Source of the DNA: Podarcis liolepis
Lineage: Eukaryota
Strand: one strand, 5' to 3'
Assembly (NCBI GenBank): GCA_965112155.1
Contig: OZ218101.1
DNA: 64,000 bases
The position numbers and the translations under genes are program-made. The notes under the pieces were generated by a model. That model had not been told where the DNA came from. It made no database searches and worked only from the letters and a program-made list of their open reading frames with translations. Shown here piece after piece: positions 63,770 to 64,000 of this stretch; the stretch's first letter is position 1; each line of letters opens with the position of its first letter.

Positions 63770-64000
63770 CAGGGGTCAGCAAACCTTTTCACCAGGGGGC
63801 CGGTTCACTGTCCCTCAGACCTTGTGGGGGCCAGACTGTATATTTATTTTTTTGGGGGGGAGTGGAATGAACGGATTCCTATGCCCAACAAATAACCCAG
63901 AGATACATTTTAAATAAAAGCACACATTCTACTCATGTAAAAACAAGATGATTCCTGGACTGTCCACGGCCCAGATTTAGAAGGCAATTGAGCCGGATCC
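63770..64000. mobile_element. Second copy of the same hAT MITE, inverted, cut by the window end
   Basis: caggggtcagcaaacc...gtccctcagaccttgtggggg...ttagaaggcaattgagccggatcc is the reverse complement of 62085-62501. Confidence 0.9.

Overview
Non-coding vertebrate DNA, almost certainly from a squamate reptile and most likely a lacertid lizard. The host is inferred from the repeat families: Sauria SINE, BovB with a (CAA)n tail, a tRNA-Lys/CR1 SINE, and CORE SINEs with (CTT)n tails. I cannot support any host protein-coding gene. The longer ORFs are fragments or antisense reads of LINEs, SINEs and microsatellites, so the window looks like a large intron or gene desert. It is dense in mobile elements: CR1, L2, L1, RTE-BovB, a Penelope-like element, four SINE families, a solo LTR, and many hAT and Tc1/mariner MITEs, many with readable target-site duplications (TSDs) and nested insertions. 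Several repeat-free blocks look like enhancers, but that is unproven. The standout structure is a recent Penelope-like insertion at 5812-6248 with a 12-bp TSD. It forms a 178-bp near-perfect palindrome, and each arm carries a minimal hammerhead-ribozyme motif, one per strand. Family names are from recognition of the sequence, not from a database search.
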